Origin: Tubiluchus corallicola
Taxonomy: Eukaryota > Animalia > Priapulida
NCBI GenBank assembly: GCA_030141605.1
Contig: JAQGDQ010000114.1
Coordinates: forward strand, 544,009 to 608,008
DNA length: 64,000 bases
Reading direction: 5' to 3'
Each line of letters opens with the position of its first letter. The stretch's first letter is position 1. A program made the translations under genes and the position numbers. Under the pieces are notes generated by a model, which did not search any database, was not told the origin of the DNA, and was given only the letters and a program-made list of their open reading frames with translations. Below, piece after piece: positions 58,539 through 64,000 of the stretch.

Positions 58539-61500
58539 TCAGATTTTGGCAACCACAAAAACTCAGGACCATTAATCCATCTTTTCTGCTGAAGTAGTTC
58601 ATCAACTGACAAGCCTCTTGAAGCATCATCAGCAACGTTGTCCTCACTTCTGATATGGTGCCATTGAGAAGGCATAGAAGCTTCATGTATAATACCCAGC
58701 CTGTTAGCTACAAACGTTTTGAAGCGTTTATCAGTGTTGTGTATGTAGCCCAGAACTATACTGCTATCAGTCCAGTACCAGGTCTCATCTATGTCGGTTC
58801 TCAACTCACGCGAGATTGTCTGGCCGATCTTAACAGCAAGTACAGCTGCCGATAGCTCTAGCCTAGGAACAGTCATTCTATGCATGGGAGCTAGCCGTGC
58901 TTTGGCCAAAACAAGACAGCAGTGTATCTCCTCATCAGCATTCACAAGCCGCATATATGCCACAGCAGCATAAGCATCCTCAGATGCATCTCCAAAGACA
59001 TGCAATTCACATCTCAGCACATGTCCAAAGTTCTTCGGCATGAAGCATCTCTCAACACCAAACTGATCTAAATTTGTAGCTTGCTTCATCCAGTTAATCC
59101 AGTGGTATTGAACATCAGTAGACAACTGGCTGTCCCATTCTTTCCTTAGTCTGCTTTCTTGCTGGAAGAGCTTCTTTGCTACAAGTGTAACAGGACAGGC
59201 TAGACCCAAAGGATCATACACGGAAGAAAGAACACTCAATAAACCTCGCTTTGTGAGTGGCTTCTCCTTTAATTTGGCTTGGACACAAAGTTCATCTCTG
59301 TCCACATTCCAACGTAAGCCCAGAGCTCTTTCTAATGGCAAGGAACCTTTTGAAATGTCAATTTCTCGAACAGATTCAGCTCTATCCTCTTCAGGAACCA
59401 TTTCGAGTACCTTGACACTAGTGCTAATCCATTTAGTTATATGGAACCCACCACGGGCTAACAACTCTGTCAATTTAACTACAAACTCAGTGGCATCATC
59501 ATCAGTCAAAAAGCTCTTCAAACAGTCGTCAACATAAAAATCACGAAGCACTGCATCAATAATCTTGCTGTCAAACTCGTGAATGTTATCCAGGGCAGTT
59601 TTCTGCAAAGCATATGTAGCACAACTGTGGCTCCAATTACCTCCAAAAAGATGCCTCGTCATCCTGTAGACCTGTGGTTGTTTTGTCAAATCACCATCTG
59701 GGTACCACAAAAACCGCAAAACATCTCGATGATGTTTGGATACTACAACCTGGTTAAACATGGCCTCTATGTCAGACATAAGTGCCACAGGGCCTTCCCG
59801 AAATCGAATCAGAACAGCTAGCAAACCGTTTGTCAAGTCGGGCCCTTGTTTGACAGCTTTATTTAAAGAAATTTCTTCAAACAGAACGGAGCAATCAAAG
59901 ACAATGCGAAGTTTTGGCTTATTCGGATTCACTACACCATGATGCGGGAGATACCACACAAATCCAGGTGTTCCTTCTAAGTCACATGCTGCAACTTTCT
60001 CTGCATAACCTTTTTCTAGAAGCTCCTTCATGCGTAGTGTATATTTTTTATGCAGCTCAGGGTCCTTTGAGAGCCGATACTTCAATGACTGAAGGCGCTT
60101 CTCAGCAATCTTGCGATTATCGGGCAGATCAGGAGGATTCACTTTAAATGGTATGTCCAAGTTATAGTGACCATCTATTAGTTGCACTGAACTGTCCCAC
60201 ACATTTAGCACTTCCTTGTCCTCAAGTGACATACTGCGCTGGTCGACATTATCCAATGAATCAACTTCCCAAAATCTTTTCACTTGGTTTGTTAAGTCTT
60301 CATCAGATTGCACGACATTGACGACAGCATTCAAATTCTGAGAATCAAGATTATGAAGTCCATTCACAACCCAGCCCAATGGCGTCCGTACAGCATATGG
60401 TTCTCCGGAATTCCCTGCCTTTACTTGCAGAGGCTTAAATGCATGAGCACAGTCTTGTCCAATCAGTAATGAGACATCTTCTGCTGGCCTCATGTTAGCT
60501 AGTCGTAAATTCTTTAAATGCTCCCAACTACATACATCTGAACTGGTAACCACGCTATCCCGCAAAGATGGAAATTTCTCCAAGGCATAAACTTTAGAAA
60601 GATAAATGACTTCTCTATCAACTGGTTTGCCAAAGGTCGGACTGACATACAGAGATATTTCCAGTGCCTTAACCATTGACCCATTATTCAAAGTTGATAA
60701 TGACAAAGTCTGCTCGTGTCCTTGCAGGCCAAGCTTCTCAACTAATTGTCGGGAACAAAATGACTTGTTACTGCCAGGATCTAACAAAGCATGAGTAACC
60801 ATTCCCTTGGCATGTTCAGATGTTTTGACAAAAACTGTAACAACAGGCAAAGAAGTTCTTGTAGAAGTCTGCATTGACTTGCAGGCACAACTACTTGCCT
60901 CAGTAAGCTTCTTCTCATTTTGCTGAACATCAGACTTGTCCAATGTGAAGGCCTCATGTAACAGCTTTGAATGTTTCATATTGCAGTTCTCCACTGCACA
61001 ACCTGGGCGATTGCACCTTCTGGAAAAATGTTTAGCCTTTAAACAGTTGAAACATAATTTCTTTTCTTTAACAAGCTTTGTTTTATTCTCGGCATCTAGC
61101 TCCATGAATCTTTCACACTTGTCTAAATTGTGATTGCCAGTACACTGAGGACATATTCTCACAAACTGAGATTGCTCAGGAAAGGATGTCTTCCTTTTGA
61201 CTGCCTTTGTATTGGCAACAGTGTAGCTAAAACTTTTGGTAATGTTCCCCTTTTCCTTGCGGGTAGGCAGCTTAGACTCTTTCATCTCACAAAGTCCAAA
61301 AACTGGATCATTCATTTCTCTTGCTACCTTCATCAGAAACGATGATAGTATGCCAATACCAGGATACCTTCCAAATTCTGTTAAATGTTCTATAGCTTTG
61401 GTGCGCCATTTGGATTGAAGATGGTATGGTAAACGTCTAACTATATCTGCCATGCTGCGAGTAGTGCTCATTTCATTCATCTTTCCCATAGCTTGCAAGG

Positions 61501-62911
61501 TCACTCTAGCATTATTTAAGTCATCAGCAAGTTTCAGCAAACCTTTGGCATCCTGTGATTTAATATGTGGTCCTTCAGTCAGTCTTTTCATCCAAATCTC
61601 CTGTATCTGATGATTATCACCAAATCTCTCTTTCAAGATCCTTAAAGCTTCTGCATAGCCTCTGCTTCCTCCGGTCATAGCACAACAACGGATTGACTCA
61701 TAGGCTTCTGCTGTACAAGACTGCAACAGATGGTTTAGCTTCGCACTGTCATCAATTGGCTTGTTTCCAATTGCATTGTGAAAACAAGTAATGAAAGTCC
61801 AATATTCAATGGGATCTCCGGTAAATTTGACTATATCTGGTCTAGGCAATGACATTAGATGAAACATATCTGCTAAATGATGAGGTGCAAAATTTGTGCG
61901 GGGCTGCCTTTCCGAAGAAACATGCTGCGAAGAAATTCTCGGAGCATCAATTGGTTGAGTAACTTGCTGCGGCTGCCATTCAGGTACCAATGGGTTAAGA
62001 CCAAAATGGGCGGCTTCAGGTTCTGGATCAGCCATAGGTTCAGGTTGCTCATTGACCCACCTCAAGACACGCTGTTGTTTCTCTCTGGTAGCTATAGATT
62101 CTGGAGACAACTGTGATGCACATTCCAATTCAGCAATTGCATTTTCCTGGGCCTGTGCCTTTGCAAGCTCTGTTTCAAGTGCAAGCTTCTTGCGCTTTTG
62201 TTTGAGGTCAAGTTCCTCTTGATCCAGCTTTCTCTGAGCATCTATCATATTAGCTTCAGCAAGAAGTGCTGCCTTCTTGGCTGCTGCTTTTGCCTTGATG
62301 CTACTCAAACTGCTCTTCTTTGAAGAAGACTTTTTAGATACTGTAACCTTCTTAGATGCTACAGGCGAAGTGGGATTACTTGGTAACATCGGTTGCATGG
62401 GCGTCTTTGGTCGAGCACCACCGAAATCTTTACGACTGACTTCAGTTCCAGATGATGTCACGCTGCAAGCAGTATTAGCAATGCTAACATTTGTGTCTTG
62501 GACAGGTGGTGCGCCCTCTAGCAACAAACCTGAAACTGGAATTTTGGAAATATCATCAGCCTCTGTATCAAAGTTAGCAGTAGCACCCGTATCATCTGCA
62601 GTGACAAGTTGCCGAATACCAATATAATCTTTGGCAGTATTCATTATTGTGGTTACATCATTCTTAACTTCATCAGCATAAGTCTGTGATGTCATTTTGT
62701 CAGCATCATTTAAAAGTAAATGAAACGCCCGATGAATCTGCAGAAAATCAGTATACAAAGTGCCTAACTCGCTGAGCAGTTGTCTGATTTCCTCCACTGG
62801 TTCTTCTGCTTTAATACAATTCTGAAGCTTTTTTGACTTCATCGTATTCTGTCTCTTAGCATTAGTCCTTGCTGTCTTATGCCGTTTCATCTCTTCCATT
62901 TCAACTGACAT
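58433..62911 (-). CDS. BEL/Pao gag-protease-reverse transcriptase-RNase H polyprotein
   Basis: KFTGDPIEY, CPQC..H..C / CFNC..H...C / C....C...H..LLH, ALLDPGS, YLPHHGV, RIVFDCS, GPDLTN, DIEAMFNQV, FYVDDCL, HVFGDASEDAY, PRLELSAA, WTDS, NVADDASRG. First ATG at 62911. Confidence 0.93.
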   Translation of the reverse strand: MSVEMEEMKRHKTARTNAKRQNTMKSKKLQNCIKAEEPVEEIRQLLSELGTLYTDFLQIHRAFHLLLNDADKMTSQTYADEVKNDVTTIMNTAKDYIGIRQLVTADDTGATANFDTEADDISKIPVSGLLLEGAPPVQDTNVSIANTACSVTSSGTEVSRKDFGGARPKTPMQPMLPSNPTSPVASKKVTVSKKSSSKKSSLSSIKAKAAAKKAALLAEANMIDAQRKLDQEELDLKQKRKKLALETELAKAQAQENAIAELECASQLSPESIATREKQQRVLRWVNEQPEPMADPEPEAAHFGLNPLVPEWQPQQVTQPIDAPRISSQHVSSERQPRTNFAPHHLADMFHLMSLPRPDIVKFTGDPIEYWTFITCFHNAIGNKPIDDSAKLNHLLQSCTAEAYESIRCCAMTGGSRGYAEALRILKERFGDNHQIQEIWMKRLTEGPHIKSQDAKGLLKLADDLNNARVTLQAMGKMNEMSTTRSMADIVRRLPYHLQSKWRTKAIEHLTEFGRYPGIGILSSFLMKVAREMNDPVFGLCEMKESKLPTRKEKGNITKSFSYTVANTKAVKRKTSFPEQSQFVRICPQCTGNHNLDKCERFMELDAENKTKLVKEKKLCFNCLKAKHFSRRCNRPGCAVENCNMKHSKLLHEAFTLDKSDVQQNEKKLTEASSCACKSMQTSTRTSLPVVTVFVKTSEHAKGMVTHALLDPGSNKSFCSRQLVEKLGLQGHEQTLSLSTLNNGSMVKALEISLYVSPTFGKPVDREVIYLSKVYALEKFPSLRDSVVTSSDVCSWEHLKNLRLANMRPAEDVSLLIGQDCAHAFKPLQVKAGNSGEPYAVRTPLGWVVNGLHNLDSQNLNAVVNVVQSDEDLTNQVKRFWEVDSLDNVDQRSMSLEDKEVLNVWDSSVQLIDGHYNLDIPFKVNPPDLPDNRKIAEKRLQSLKYRLSKDPELHKKYTLRMKELLEKGYAEKVAACDLEGTPGFVWYLPHHGVVNPNKPKLRIVFDCSVLFEEISLNKAVKQGPDLTNGLLAVLIRFREGPVALMSDIEAMFNQVVVSKHHRDVLRFLWYPDGDLTKQPQVYRMTRHLFGGNWSHSCATYALQKTALDNIHEFDSKIIDAVLRDFYVDDCLKSFLTDDDATEFVVKLTELLARGGFHITKWISTSVKVLEMVPEEDRAESVREIDISKGSLPLERALGLRWNVDRDELCVQAKLKEKPLTKRGLLSVLSSVYDPLGLACPVTLVAKKLFQQESRLRKEWDSQLSTDVQYHWINWMKQATNLDQFGVERCFMPKNFGHVLRCELHVFGDASEDAYAAVAYMRLVNADEEIHCCLVLAKARLAPMHRMTVPRLELSAAVLAVKIGQTISRELRTDIDETWYWTDSSIVLGYIHNTDKRFKTFVANRLGIIHEASMPSQWHHIRSEDNVADDASRGLSVDELLQQKRWINGPEFLWLPKSEWIELEVKNLHHPEMEISVKVRSLRKLYHVVQWHQ

Positions 62912-63583
62912 TTTGCCTGTACAAATATTTCTCAAAACGTGTTTAGCAAAATTTGCAAGTTAAAGTTCAACTTATCAAACAAACTTCAAAGCCTAAATTA
63001 TTTAATTTAAGCTAGGATCCATTATAATAGAAAACATAACTTTCTCAGCAATAACTAACAACCTAGTTCAGCGTTTGCATTCATTCAAATTCATTCAGCT
63101 AACAAGCAATGCTAACCAAACCATCAGCAAAAATCATCTACTTGGCAGTTAATTTTCAACAAGGCTGTTAAAAATGTAGGCTTCACTACTATAGAGCTCA
63201 TATAAATTCAAATAATCAAATGAACCCCTTTACATAAAAGGATATTAAACATTTTAAATATAATTTATACTAAATACTTCGTACTGATACTCACAAGAAC
63301 TGGCATAGGCTAATCAGTGCAAACTTGGCAACAATAAAACATGAAACACAAGTAAATGTTCATAGAAAATAAACTTCAAACTTGTCTGTCCTATGCTGTA
63401 GAATTCACACGGTATAGAAAGCTTTCCCGTCAATGTTCCATTGCAACGCAATATAACGTCTTCCAGCAGTCAGCTGTTCAACTTCCAGGTATCCACGTCA
63501 AGGTCACACACGCACCGTACGTCGGCCCTTTTGATATGACACCGCTTTGCCCAGACCTCATTGGAAATTCAATAATAAACGGT

Positions 63584-64000
63584 TGTAATGTATACGCTCA
63601 AATCAAAGTTGCGTTCCCATATCTATGTAGTTTATTCTGCAAAAATACAAATTTTCTGTAGTCTACAACTACTACATCTACAAATCTAGTGAAATAAAAG
63701 TGCTAGAAAATAAGTGCTACAGATTACTACGTTACACTAAAAAAGCTAAAATGCATACATACATTGTTGGTCCAATATTGAGTCGAGAAAAAGCCAGAAT
63801 GTCAGTAAAAGGTAGCAGTATAATTATAAGTCAAATTTTTAAATGCAACAAAGACGTGCGTACATGACAAGTTCCACCTATACAATGTCAGAGTAGAAAA
63901 AGTAGTCTAGAGGTTGAGCTACAGTCTAATATATTGTGGCTTCTAATGCATATACTACCTTGAGAAGAGGTAATGGACCAAAACATTTGCACCTGCAACA
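63584..64000 (-). repeat. 5' LTR (417 bp), ending exactly at the window edge
   Basis: Direct repeat of 56475-56889 with roughly 8-9 differences, counted by eye. Confidence 0.95.

Larger units (their letters stand above)
56475..64000 (-). mobile_element. Full-length BEL/Pao LTR retrotransposon
   Basis: Paired TG..CA LTRs, a PPT, and gag (three Cys-His boxes)-PR-RT-RNase H-integrase order with Pao-type motifs. Confidence 0.97.

Overview
AT-rich, intron-rich eukaryotic (invertebrate animal) genomic DNA, not prokaryotic. Four host genes could be spliced by hand with GT-AG introns and consistent phases: ALG2 (minus, 3 exons, 401 aa), a matrix metalloproteinase with furin site, hemopexin repeats and a probable GPI-anchor signal (plus, 11 exons, 563 aa), dihydropyrimidine dehydrogenase DPYD (plus, 23 coding exons, 1025 aa) and the tRNA:m4X methyltransferase TRMT13 (minus, 11 exons in the window; exon 1 must lie beyond base 64000). 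A young, full-length BEL/Pao LTR retrotransposon (56475-64000) sits upstream of the first visible TRMT13 exon in the same orientation. It has one frameshift between RNase H and integrase. Introns and intergenic DNA hold CR1- and RTE-type LINE fragments, a Tigger/pogo-like MITE family, several hAT-like MITEs, a THAP-domain transposon remnant, SINE-like pieces and microsatellites. I found no convincing wholly new multi-gene system. The best leads are the unusual features of the BEL element, a partial-exon tandem duplication in the MMP gene, duplicated splice acceptors in DPYD, MITE-borne AP-1 sites at the MMP promoter, and a two-ORF THAP transposon relic. All calls were made by eye, without database searches.
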